From IMG/VR virus record IMGVR_UViG_2799113255_000001, positions 1 through 64,000 of that record: a stretch of DNA of 64,000 nt, one strand, 5' to 3'. This DNA comes from a virus (lineage: Duplodnaviria > Caudoviricetes). How positions within the stretch are numbered: the stretch's first letter is position 1; each line of letters starts with the position of its first letter. The translations under genes were made by a program, and so were the position numbers. The notes beneath the pieces were generated by a model. The model was not told the origin of the DNA, ran no database searches, and was given only the letters and a program-made list of their open reading frames with translations. Positions 1 to 9,044 of the stretch are shown here, one piece after another.

Positions 1-96
1 AAGCAGTGGCGGAATGTCGCGGCGAGCTGTTCGGTATCCGTAGATCCCTCTCCTATCTGCGCGAGGTGCAGTCATGACCGATCCAGCAGTAGAGGC
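1..96 (+). repeat. 96-bp exact direct repeat, copy 1
   Basis: Identical to 55123-55218; diverges at base 97. Confidence 0.97.
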
Positions 97-375
97 AGCC
101 TGACGCTCACATTAAGTCCCGTTTTGTGGCTGGCTGGACGGTGACCGAATGAGCCCAGCGAAAAGGATTGAGCCACAAGCCTAACCAGACCGCCCGCGAG
201 ACAGACCTACGGTCTGCTCTTAAGGGCATCGAGAGCGGTCTATGACCGTCTCTCCGCCCCCGATGGTCGCCGTGACCTCATCCCGCCGTGTTAGGCGTGG
301 CCTCCCGTCCGGTGGCGCACTCGGTTTGCGCCGGGGGCACCAAATCAAAGGTATGACAACAACATAAGGAGCGAC

Positions 376-651
376 ATGACAACGCTGTCGGTAGTCGATG
401 TTGAGAGCATCGTGGGGGACATGCCCGCGCAGGCATGTGAAATGCCAGACAACCAGATGAATCCTATTTGTAGTAGTGAAGCTGCATGGTTGGCACGCGT
501 CCCCATCAACCAAACCATGTGCAGTGTGCGGGTCCTCGCGTTCTGCGAATACCACATGACCCTAGTAGAAACCATCATCACCAACGACCCGATACCACAA
601 TGCTTCAAATGCGGCGACACTAGCGATAAGTTCCGTAAGGAACGGTTGTGA
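376..651 (+). CDS. Hypothetical protein with Cys pairs (possible Zn-binding)
   Basis: AGGAG RBS, CxxH and CxxC motifs, start of a coupled ORF run. Confidence 0.7.
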   Translation: MTTLSVVDVESIVGDMPAQACEMPDNQMNPICSSEAAWLARVPINQTMCSVRVLAFCEYHMTLVETIITNDPIPQCFKCGDTSDKFRKERL

Positions 652-875
652 CCACGTTCTACCGGCTGACGGTATCGAACGTCATCACCGGCCACGACAC
701 CACCGAATACCCGTCCAACTGGGACCAGGGTGTAGGTATGGCAGCCGCTTACGCGGCTGACAACTCGTATCGGATGGACATCAAACACCACGACGAGAAC
801 AAAACCACGTGGTGGTTCATCTGTCCGACAATGGGACTCTCCGGGTACGCGACGTTGGAAAGGGTATTCGAATGA
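648..875 (+). CDS. Hypothetical protein
   Basis: GTGA overlap with the upstream ORF. Confidence 0.65.
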   Translation: MTTFYRLTVSNVITGHDTTEYPSNWDQGVGMAAAYAADNSYRMDIKHHDENKTTWWFICPTMGLSGYATLERVFE

Positions 876-942
876 CGTTCATCGTGTACGTGTGCCTGAT
901 TGTCCCGGTAATCCTCACTATCACAGCATATTTGGAGGCTTG

Positions 943-1164
943 ATGAGTTACAGACCTGTGAACGAGATTGTCCAAGTAAATCAGATATCGGTGGGCGATT
1001 GGATCATAGATGATAACCGTCTACATCGTGTGGACCGTATGTCGTGGAACCGGTCACTTCTTTCGTACGAAGTTAAACTAAGTGGTCACACAAAGGCTGT
1101 AAGCATGTACGTGGATAAGCTGGTGGTTAAAGTATCCCTAGCTGTAGATATGAACGACCTGTGA
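943..1164 (+). CDS. Hypothetical protein
   Basis: GGAGG RBS before ATG; overlaps the next ORF. Confidence 0.6.
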   Translation: MSYRPVNEIVQVNQISVGDWIIDDNRLHRVDRMSWNRSLLSYEVKLSGHTKAVSMYVDKLVVKVSLAVDMNDL

Positions 1165-1490
1165 ACCTATTCACCGCTGCCGCAGTAGGTTTGGGCCTGG
1201 TTCTAGCGCCGATCGCCGCGCCTATAGCGGCGCACGCTATACCGATGGCCTGTGAACACCGTGGGGCGGACCACGTTGAAAGGCATGGTGGCACGGTCAA
1301 AGACCGTGAATACCACCTGGCACGCGATGAACGCGTGTCGTGTGAACCGGAGGACAAACACCCGCACCCGTCGGTAACACCCACGGCCCCAACGACATAC
1401 GTCCCGGTTCCGGTTCAGACCGAAGAAGATGAAGACGACGATGACCATCATCATTGGCACAGAAGGAACAAGTGGTGGAGAGATGATTGA
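1161..1490 (+). CDS. Secreted protein with acidic/His-rich C-terminus
   Basis: Hydrophobic signal peptide ending AHA; Pro/Thr linker; EEDEDDDDHHHWH tail. Confidence 0.75.
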   Translation: MNLFTAAAVGLGLVLAPIAAPIAAHAIPMACEHRGADHVERHGGTVKDREYHLARDERVSCEPEDKHPHPSVTPTAPTTYVPVPVQTEEDEDDDDHHHWHRRNKWWRDD

Positions 1491-1668
1491 AAACAATGAC
1501 TTCTGGGGTTGGTCTGACCTGGACCACAAACAGTTGATGTCCGACCTGGGTATCGGCGGAGACGCGATTACCGCTGCGTTGGAACAGGGTCTGGAACTCG
1601 GTAAGGGCTCACCAGGTGGGCTGACCGAGATTTGGAACATCAAGACCGTAGACGAGGAAGAGGATTGA
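1483..1668 (+). CDS. Small protein homologous to the tape-measure C-terminus
   Basis: GGAG RBS, overlaps upstream stop; 27/42 aa identical to TMP residues encoded at 30207-30332. Confidence 0.85.
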   Translation: MIENNDFWGWSDLDHKQLMSDLGIGGDAITAALEQGLELGKGSPGGLTEIWNIKTVDEEED

Positions 1669-1669
1669 C

Positions 1670-2185
1670 ATGACAACACAAGCAGAGAACGCGATCCGAG
1701 AGACGGCATGGCACTACCGGGAAAACGAATTCACAACCGGTGGGTTGACTTATGCGTTCGTACGTCCGATGCATGAGCGGGCCAACGACTACATCATGGT
1801 TAGGTACCCCGAGGGTGGACTAGGTATCGTCGCGGAGCGATGGGACAAGAGCCTGCGCCGATTCCGGTACAACATCGGCGGAGTCAACATGCTTAAGTCC
1901 GAGATCATTTCGCGGTTCGGACTTGAGCCGGTTGTGAACCCCTCGGCACAGGTGGTTCCGCTGCATACCGTGAAGGAACCATACGACCGGGTAATCGATA
2001 CGTTGGACCAGCTGGTCCGTAACCACGGCCTCAAGTTTCTTGTGACACAGGGCAAGTTGGCGAAGGCTGCGCAACTGACCGTACCCACGTTGCGAAAGTA
2101 CTTACGTCAGTTGGAGGCAGCCAACCACATTGAGGTAGAGGGTTGCTTACAAGGTACCTGGATCACGGTGAAGGACGCCTCGTGA
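1670..2185 (+). CDS. Protein with C-terminal winged-HTH
   Basis: TQGKLAKAAQLTVPTLRKYLRQLEAANHIEV HTH pattern. Confidence 0.7.
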   Translation: MTTQAENAIRETAWHYRENEFTTGGLTYAFVRPMHERANDYIMVRYPEGGLGIVAERWDKSLRRFRYNIGGVNMLKSEIISRFGLEPVVNPSAQVVPLHTVKEPYDRVIDTLDQLVRNHGLKFLVTQGKLAKAAQLTVPTLRKYLRQLEAANHIEVEGCLQGTWITVKDAS

Positions 2186-2793
2186 AGATCCCGAACAGCA
2201 TCGAAGACGCGGTACTCGACCTAAAAGGGCTGGGAGAGTTGGTCACAGCGTCCGAGTGGAAGCGGTCAGCTATCGTGTGGGCGTTCACCGAAGAGGTGGG
2301 TCGGGGCAAGAGCAAATGCTCACAATTGAGCATTTCAGAGTTCGCAGCACTAGAGGTCATCGGGCTTCAGTCCCGCAACACCGTTGCGAAGTACCGCAAG
2401 GCTTGGAAGCTCGCTATCGACAACGGGTTTGCGACTGACGTCAAACCCGGCGACCTGATCGACCTACCCGACGTCGAGTGGCAAGAGTACTTCAATCCAC
2501 CGCTACCCAAGATGGACAAACCTTCTGTACCCGCTAAGCGTCCGGGCACGGCTCTAGCCAAGTGGGACGAAGAGTCTTGGGACTCAGAGAAGATCAACTC
2601 GTCTGATCGGTTGGTTCGTATGTCCGACGTCATGTGGGACACGTTGGACGGCGTGAACAACGAGAAGCTAGTACGTGTGGCCCAGTCGATCATCGACTTT
2701 GTGGGCGATGAGAACAAGGCTCGTGGCATCGCTCGGATGATGCACTCTGTGATTGAGTTTGTCTCCGAGTACAAGTCGGCCACGCACGCGTGA
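2182..2793 (+). CDS. Hypothetical protein
   Basis: GTGA overlap; long ORF on the coding strand. Confidence 0.7.
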   Translation: MKIPNSIEDAVLDLKGLGELVTASEWKRSAIVWAFTEEVGRGKSKCSQLSISEFAALEVIGLQSRNTVAKYRKAWKLAIDNGFATDVKPGDLIDLPDVEWQEYFNPPLPKMDKPSVPAKRPGTALAKWDEESWDSEKINSSDRLVRMSDVMWDTLDGVNNEKLVRVAQSIIDFVGDENKARGIARMMHSVIEFVSEYKSATHA

Positions 2794-2820
2794 CCAACTA
2801 ATCAAACAAAGAGGTTTGGT

Positions 2821-3021
2821 ATGTCCACTACTACGTCCGTCGAATACGACGACATGATGCTCCCCGAAGCCATCAAATTGGAGACGCGGATTTACGACGA
2901 TCTGGAAGACTTGGACGGGGACCAATCACCGATCGCCGTCAACAACCGGTGCTTCTTGCAAACGTTGTTGACACAGGTTCAGGAGCGAATCGGGCACCTT
3001 ACAACACTTCTCACGTTCTAG
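2821..3021 (+). CDS. Hypothetical protein
   Basis: GAGG RBS, ATG start. Confidence 0.6.
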   Translation: MSTTTSVEYDDMMLPEAIKLETRIYDDLEDLDGDQSPIAVNNRCFLQTLLTQVQERIGHLTTLLTF

Positions 3022-3294
3022 GTAGGGCAAAACTACTCTATCTGGTTGATGAATCCATGAGAAACCGGACATACGTACTGGTCAGAGCGGTAATTGGCTC
3101 ACCGACGTATGTAAGATAACGACTTGGTAACGAGTGACATACGCGTCAAATCTTTGTGAACACTTGTTGTAATCTGTGTCACAGGACGGGGACTCCTGGT
3201 ACGTCACAGCCCGACGAAAGGGGCCAGCCTTGCTATGCATTGACTTGACAGGTAATCTTGTTGCACTTGACAAGAGACCCGAACGGAGAAGCAG

Positions 3295-3762
3295 ATGGAC
3301 CGAACTATTACGCCCCAGTTGACTAAACCGATAATAGAACAACTGATGAACCAGGGTATGAACTTCACGGAGATCGGTAACGAGTGGGGTATGACCCGAT
3401 CTGGGGTTTCGTGGATCTACAACAACTACGGGGGTAAAACCCTACGTAAGATGATCAAGGAAGTCATACCTTTCAAGGTACCCAATAAATTCAACCGGGC
3501 TTACGCGTTGCAACGTTTGCGTGAGCACGCCGAGTACATCATCGTCGGTAACGTAGACAGGTACACCGACAAGCGCAGGAACAAACTGCGGTCGTTCCAC
3601 AAGAAGATGGTAGACGAAGTGGTGGAGTACAACCCGGAGACAGGGTTTACCTATCGGACTAGAGAGCCACGTGACAACGGTCTAATGATTCGCGTGAACG
3701 AACACACCAACATAACTGAATACGGAGAAGAGCTATGGAAACTACCCACACGCGAACTTTAG
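3295..3762 (+). CDS. Immunity repressor (L5 gp71-like)
   Basis: N-terminal HTH (GMNFTEIGNEWGMTRSGVSW..YGG), RLREHAEY and VVEYNP motifs; preceded by a 270-bp intergenic region with TTGACA hexamers. Confidence 0.88.
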   Translation: MDRTITPQLTKPIIEQLMNQGMNFTEIGNEWGMTRSGVSWIYNNYGGKTLRKMIKEVIPFKVPNKFNRAYALQRLREHAEYIIVGNVDRYTDKRRNKLRSFHKKMVDEVVEYNPETGFTYRTREPRDNGLMIRVNEHTNITEYGEELWKLPTREL

Positions 3763-3777
3763 AAAGCTGGTCCCGTC

Positions 3778-4044
3778 GTGCTGCAAGCCGCCCCGCATAC
3801 TCAGACCCTCCAGATTGATGCTCTGCCTTGGCTTATCGCTAACACCATAAAAATACACGGCAATCCGTGCCTTATAGTGCATCGTAGTAACAAGTTGTCG
3901 GATGATGACGCACTCTATCAACCTGTTGTCGAGTTCCTTGCGTCACATCCACATACGGTCCAGTGCGGCCCGGATGAACGGTTTGACTTCAACTTCAAAG
4001 GCGGTATGGGGACTGTGACGACGTACAGACTGGCGGTGCCGTAG
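3778..4044 (+). CDS. Hypothetical protein
   Basis: Fills the gap between repressor and nuclease, as in cluster A. Confidence 0.55.
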   Translation: MLQAAPHTQTLQIDALPWLIANTIKIHGNPCLIVHRSNKLSDDDALYQPVVEFLASHPHTVQCGPDERFDFNFKGGMGTVTTYRLAVP

Positions 4045-4835
4045 TGAAACTCAGTGTCTCCCAGTACAAACAGTACGAGCGGTGTCCTATGGCGTGGTAC
4101 CTATCTCGGGTTGAGAAGGCGTGGCAGCGACCCGCCGCGTGGTTACCGCAGGGGTCGGCGGTGCACGAAGCGGGGGAGGCGTGGGAGCGATCCGGTAGGA
4201 CGATGACCCTGGAAGAGATGCAACAGGTCTACACCGAGTCGTACGACAACCACGTCAATTCGTACTGTGACGTAACACCGAACTTGGAGTGGTGGTTCTG
4301 GTCCGGGCCGTATAACGGCGAAGCCGACATCAATCGACGGTACGACCTCGGACTACAGCAGTGTGGCCGGATGTTGGACTGGTACGGGAAGCACCCGGAC
4401 GAGGTTGTGTGGATCGCCCCGGATGGAACACCAGGTATCGAGCTTGGGTTCGACATCGACCTAGACGGTATCGAGATCCGTGGGTTCATCGACCTTGTGG
4501 TCCAGGTGTTCAATGACACCAACGACGGGGACTACGTGATAGTCCGGGACAACAAGACCGGCAACAAACCGGGCGACGACTTCCAGCTGGGGGTCTACGC
4601 GGTGGCGTTGGGTGAGCAGTTCGAAACCTTCTCGTCTACCGGTGACTACTGGATGGGTAGGACCGGAAAGCCCACGAAGCCATACGATCTCACCGACTGG
4701 ACCCGAGAGACGGTGCGGGACAAGTTCGTAGAGCTACAGGACAACATCAACGCGGGGAACTTCCCGCCCAACCCAGAACCCGATCGCTGTCGGTTCTGCG
4801 ATGTTTCGTACTCATGCCAATACAGTCAGGCTTAG
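4044..4835 (+). CDS. Cas4/RecB-like exonuclease
   Basis: SVSQ..CP, RGFID, DNKTG, QLGVY and C-terminal CRFCD..C. Confidence 0.92.
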   Translation: MKLSVSQYKQYERCPMAWYLSRVEKAWQRPAAWLPQGSAVHEAGEAWERSGRTMTLEEMQQVYTESYDNHVNSYCDVTPNLEWWFWSGPYNGEADINRRYDLGLQQCGRMLDWYGKHPDEVVWIAPDGTPGIELGFDIDLDGIEIRGFIDLVVQVFNDTNDGDYVIVRDNKTGNKPGDDFQLGVYAVALGEQFETFSSTGDYWMGRTGKPTKPYDLTDWTRETVRDKFVELQDNINAGNFPPNPEPDRCRFCDVSYSCQYSQA

Positions 4836-4837
4836 TG

Positions 4838-4851
4838 CTTGACATACGACC
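4838..4851 (+). promoter_or_regulatory. Stoperator CTTGACATACGRCC (other copies: 6556, 7500, 9480, 11223, 13471, 20813, 52419, 52720, 52892, 53311 on +; 33081 on -; near-matches at 52184 + and 52448 -)
   Basis: Asymmetric 14-mer seen 12 times, oriented with transcription, mostly at gene boundaries; reverse complement ends in TGTCAAG like the L5 stoperator. Confidence 0.93.
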
Positions 4852-4861
4852 AGGAGGTTCG

Positions 4862-5200
4862 ATGGGTGGCCCAATAAAGATCGGCCCCCGGTCAGTGACT
4901 CGGGACGGTAAAGAGTACCCGTTAGAGCCGTGGCAGATGGCTAAAGTCACACGGGCGTATGAAGAGTTGACTGAAGACGGCTGGCCCCCAACGGAGGCCG
5001 AAATGTCTGAGTTCAATAGATTCGTGACGTTGATGACTCGGTTGGACGACACCTGGCGGCTACTAGATCGGGTGATCGCTACAGACGTCCACCCCACGAT
5101 AGACGGTGAAGACTGCTACGTCTTTATAAAAAAGGGTGGGGATCGGCCTACAGATCGGTGGTCGATTACGTACAAAAGGGTTTCCGCCTTCTGGGGTTAG
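4862..5200 (+). CDS. Hypothetical protein
   Basis: AGGAGG RBS directly after a stoperator. Confidence 0.7.
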   Translation: MGGPIKIGPRSVTRDGKEYPLEPWQMAKVTRAYEELTEDGWPPTEAEMSEFNRFVTLMTRLDDTWRLLDRVIATDVHPTIDGEDCYVFIKKGGDRPTDRWSITYKRVSAFWG

Positions 5201-5212
5201 AGAGGATAAGTT

Positions 5213-5533
5213 ATGAAGACCCTACTTACGGCTGTAATCGCTGTGCTGTCATTGGGTTTGGCCGTACCGGCTGCCGCTGACCCGTACCACGATCTGTACC
5301 ACCCTGACTACATCCGGGGCTGGTGCCCCGGTGGTGGTACCAACGAGGGTGTAGGTGTGTCGTCTTCCAACCTGACAGGTTGGTGTAACGGCGTTCAGTA
5401 CCCGGACGGGACGTTCTGGCACCAGACGGCGTACACGTCGTTCGGACGGTTCCGTATCGACACCGCGTGCAAGACGCGGAACGGGATTCTGTTGTCACCC
5501 GCGCCATCTGGCGGATGCGGAGGTGAGTGGTGA
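5213..5533 (+). CDS. Secreted Cys-containing protein
   Basis: Signal peptide ending AAA-DP; four Cys. Confidence 0.8.
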   Translation: MKTLLTAVIAVLSLGLAVPAAADPYHDLYHPDYIRGWCPGGGTNEGVGVSSSNLTGWCNGVQYPDGTFWHQTAYTSFGRFRIDTACKTRNGILLSPAPSGGCGGEW

Positions 5534-5703
5534 GTAAATACAAGCTGCACTATTCTGATATCGAATACGGTGCGAAGTTCCAAGACAGTCGTGGTTATGT
5601 CTACATCAAGACCCAGATGGGTCCAGCGTGTGTACACGAACCGGGGGACGTCCGAACGGACTGTGACGCTCCTTGGGAGCACGGACCGTTCCGCCGATGC
5701 TGA
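5530..5703 (+). CDS. 57-aa protein (GPF module), absent from the ORF track
   Basis: GTGA overlap; translates MSKYKLHYSDIEYG...HGPFRRC. Confidence 0.65.
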   Translation: MSKYKLHYSDIEYGAKFQDSRGYVYIKTQMGPACVHEPGDVRTDCDAPWEHGPFRRC

Positions 5704-6497
5704 CACTTAGACAGGCGTTGTATCAGAAGAACGACTCGGGTGTACCGCTGCCAACTGTGTGGACGTCGTTGGAGCGTAACGGTATCAAGTTCATGCGGGG
5801 ACAACTGGTGTTGGTATGTGCCGCACCGGGTATCGGTAAGTCGGCGTTCGTACTCACTCAAGCGCTCAAGTCGGGTGTACCCACGTTCTATTTCTCGGCT
5901 GACTCCGACGAGTTCATACAGACCACTCGGTCTATGTCGATCCTGCAAGGCTGGACGATGGACAAGTCCATATACGTCTACGAGAAGAACAAGGACGAGG
6001 GTGCTCCAGTGGTGTCTAACACCGAAGTTCAGTTTGACTTCAATCCGAGTCCAACACTGGACGAGATCGAATCGGCCATAGCGTCGACGTTGGAGACCAT
6101 GGACGACTTTCCGCACATGATCGTGGTAGACAACATCACAGACGTCTTGTCGGGATTCGCGGGTAACGAAGATGACCCGTTCGCCGGTTTGGAACCCCTG
6201 ATGGGGTACCTACACGGTATGGCCCGCAAGACGGGTGCCTGTGTGGTGGGTCTGCACCACGTGACGGGCGAGTACAACGACGGAACCAAGCCAATTCCGT
6301 TGAAAGGGGTCAAGAACCAGATCGGACGTGTTCCCGAGATGATCTTGACGTTGCACCGGATTCCGTCTGACCACGGCCCGGACACGTTGAACGTCTCGGC
6401 GGTGAAGAACCGATCTGGCCGGGGTTTCCCGTCGGGTCGTTCGTACGTCAGCCTTCAGTTCGACGGAAAAACTATGGATATCACGGATTTTCAGTAG
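5697..6497 (+). CDS. DnaB/RecA-like helicase
   Basis: Walker A AAPGIGKS, Walker B IVVDN, KNRSG arginine finger. Confidence 0.92.
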   Translation: MLTLRQALYQKNDSGVPLPTVWTSLERNGIKFMRGQLVLVCAAPGIGKSAFVLTQALKSGVPTFYFSADSDEFIQTTRSMSILQGWTMDKSIYVYEKNKDEGAPVVSNTEVQFDFNPSPTLDEIESAIASTLETMDDFPHMIVVDNITDVLSGFAGNEDDPFAGLEPLMGYLHGMARKTGACVVGLHHVTGEYNDGTKPIPLKGVKNQIGRVPEMILTLHRIPSDHGPDTLNVSAVKNRSGRGFPSGRSYVSLQFDGKTMDITDFQ

Positions 6498-6590
6498 GTG
6501 TCGTGCTAGCCATCAAAGATGGCGGCGCTAGGCGCGAGCTTTCGCTCGTGCCGTACTTGACATACGACCCAATAGTGAGAGGAGCCGCCG

Positions 6591-6995
6591 ATGTGCGGAC
6601 AGTGTGACGCATCGGATGACCTGATGGAGCCGTACGACGAATGGCAGCTAAAAGGTCTAGTCGACGCGTACGAGAAGGTGGAGACGGCCCCGGTAGATTA
6701 CGAAACCGCCAAGCGGCTGTTAGGCCACGCGCGGGAACTGCGTTCCTGGTTCAACGCCGAAAGCTACTGGCGTAACAATATCTTCCGCTGGCTTGAAGCT
6801 GAGAAACAGTGGCAGATACACCAGGATCTTATCAATAACGATCCGGTGTACAAGGCGGCAGAACGCGGCTGGCTAGCTATGCGTGAGTTGTGCCCGCGTT
6901 TGGATGGGGTCGACACCTTCGCTCAAATGGGGACCCTACTTACGAATCGATACGCCGTATTCGCCAAAGCCGTTCTAGACCAACAGGAGAACTAA
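6591..6995 (+). CDS. Hypothetical protein
   Basis: GAGGAG RBS after a stoperator. Confidence 0.7.
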   Translation: MCGQCDASDDLMEPYDEWQLKGLVDAYEKVETAPVDYETAKRLLGHARELRSWFNAESYWRNNIFRWLEAEKQWQIHQDLINNDPVYKAAERGWLAMRELCPRLDGVDTFAQMGTLLTNRYAVFAKAVLDQQEN

Positions 6996-7646
6996 CCATG
7001 ACCACCACTATTACCCCGATGGCACTCGCTAAGCCCAGCTTGGTAAGGCAGCGTATCGGTTTCGGTCTTATCGACCGGGTACCTACGACGTGGACCCACA
7101 AGAGGGTAGACCCAGACAGTCCGGACCCCAAGCGTCCGGTGATCATCGAGACCAAGATGACCGGTTGGGCGTACAAGAACCCGTTGGCGGGCAACGTGTC
7201 TCAGCTGAATGTGGACCGGTTTATCGAGAGGGTGGGATTTTGAACATAGAAGAAGATTTAGCTAAAGCCTTGTGGGATGTAGTTCCGTACGATCGGTTCT
7301 ACGAGTGGGAAGAGCACCCCAACGAAGAAATTCGGGAACACTATCGGGACCGGGCTCGACGCCTGCTCCGGTGGTTCCGTATCGAACGGAAGCCCTGATG
7401 AACCTGTCTATCAACGTGTTTAGCGTCCGTTTTGTTGATCTGACGCTAGCCGTCGAAGACGGCTACGCTACCGGCGCAGCGCGTTTCGCGCGTGCGCTAC
7501 TTGACATACGGCCCACCGAGGCGGTGGAAGTGGACCGGATCGCCCGAAGGGGTGTTCGTGCGCTGTCCCGTTGGTGGACGGAAAGGATGTTTTGATGCCT
7601 GACTATTTTTACTGGATAGCGTTGGCCTGGTCTGGGGGGTTCGTCG

Positions 7647-8219
7647 TTGGCGGAACGGTTCGGGGGTGGATCGACCGTGGGTAGCAAGCTGGAGACAACT
7701 GAAGCGCAGCGGAGAAATGGTTGGCTAGGGGGTGAAAACCAAAATGATGGGGGTCGCCAACGCGAAACTAGGTGGTTGACACCACCGGAATTGTTTAAAC
7801 CTCTTGGGACGTTCGATCTAGACCCCTGTGGCGCGCCAGGACATCAAATTGCCGATACCACCTACCTGTTGGAAGAGGGTAACGACGGGTTGACCGAACC
7901 ATGGTTCGGTCGCGTCTGGCTAAATCCTCCGTATGGACCAAGCCAGAAACCATTCATGCGACGAATGGTTGATCACCATAACGGCACCGCGTTGATATTC
8001 GCCCGGACTGAAACAAAACTATTCAGCGAAACGGTGTGGGAAGCTGCAACTGCCGTTCTCTTCCTAAAGGGCCGCGTTACGTTTCTTGATAGTAGCGGAA
8101 AGCCCGCCAATGCCAATTCCGGGGCACCTTCATGCCTTGTCGCTTACGGGCCTGGCGATGCGGGAGCACTCTGTTCGAGTGGCCTGCCCGGATTCTATAT
8201 AAGGCTAAGGGAAGCGTGA
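7647..8219 (+). CDS. Phage DNA N6-adenine methyltransferase
   Basis: WLTPP..FDLDPC and VWLNPPYG motifs; start uncertain. Confidence 0.9.
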   Translation: MAERFGGGSTVGSKLETTEAQRRNGWLGGENQNDGGRQRETRWLTPPELFKPLGTFDLDPCGAPGHQIADTTYLLEEGNDGLTEPWFGRVWLNPPYGPSQKPFMRRMVDHHNGTALIFARTETKLFSETVWEAATAVLFLKGRVTFLDSSGKPANANSGAPSCLVAYGPGDAGALCSSGLPGFYIRLREA

Positions 8220-8842
8220 TGGCAGAACTTCATGTGAACAAAGCGCAGCGGAAAGCGATGGGTGAGGCCGCTGATGAGTGGCAGGGCCGGGTGGACACCA
8301 CCGATGAGTACATAGACCGGATCATCGCTGCCGCTAACAGCATCCCCGAGGGGCCACCTGTTGGCACCATCGCACGACGACCAGACGGGGTGGTGCTGGC
8401 GCATAAAGACGGGGACGAGCCATTCAAATGCCCTTGCTGCAAGCTAGTGTTCGGGGCTGGTACTGACCGTATTGAGGTATGTGACCTATGCGTGGCATCC
8501 CACCCGATTACCACCCGTGATGCATCACAGACACAGCAGGAACCGGGCGAAATCGACTGCCGGAACTGCGATGGCCGCAAGTGTATGGGTTGCGTGTTCC
8601 GAGAACATCCCCACGATTGTGCTGATGACTGCCCGGAGTGCTGCGAGCCTCGTACACCCCGTGTCGTTGACCGTCTAGGGGTAGACGAGCAGGGATCGCG
8701 TTGGCGGAACAGGGTAGATACCGAGTTTTGGTTTCAGGACAAATACTGGAACTTCCGAACTAAGGATGGGTGCACTTCATGGTTCGCCGCTGGGTACGAA
8801 CCAAAGATGTGCATATTCACCGAGGTGTTTGATGTGGGCTGA
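8219..8842 (+). CDS. Cys-rich hypothetical protein
   Basis: Multiple CxxC pairs; ATG overlaps the MTase stop. Confidence 0.7.
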   Translation: MAELHVNKAQRKAMGEAADEWQGRVDTTDEYIDRIIAAANSIPEGPPVGTIARRPDGVVLAHKDGDEPFKCPCCKLVFGAGTDRIEVCDLCVASHPITTRDASQTQQEPGEIDCRNCDGRKCMGCVFREHPHDCADDCPECCEPRTPRVVDRLGVDEQGSRWRNRVDTEFWFQDKYWNFRTKDGCTSWFAAGYEPKMCIFTEVFDVG

Positions 8843-9044
8843 CATCGGTTTAGCCGCAACGGTTGCCGGTGGATACCTACTAGCGGTGCTGGTGATCTGC
8901 GGGTACGGGTGTTAGTACAGGTTCTCGGTATAGACGGTGAAGAACTAGCCCGGTTTGACACAGAGGATTGGTACATCCGTATTTACCATGACCGGGGCGA
9001 GGGGTTACAACCCACCGCCGCCGTAAAGTTGAAGTCCGACCCTA

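Noticed and set aside
152-375. Hairpin-containing intergenic stretch as an ncRNA
   Set aside because: Stems are short and GC-rich with no promoter, terminator or second copy to support it
3244-3279. CTTGACA sites upstream of the repressor as stoperators
   Set aside because: Three or more mismatches to the 14-mer; could simply be -35 boxes, so not counted
4044-4835. Cas4-like gene as evidence of a CRISPR system
   Set aside because: No repeat-spacer array or other cas genes seen; solo Cas4-like nucleases are normal in these phages
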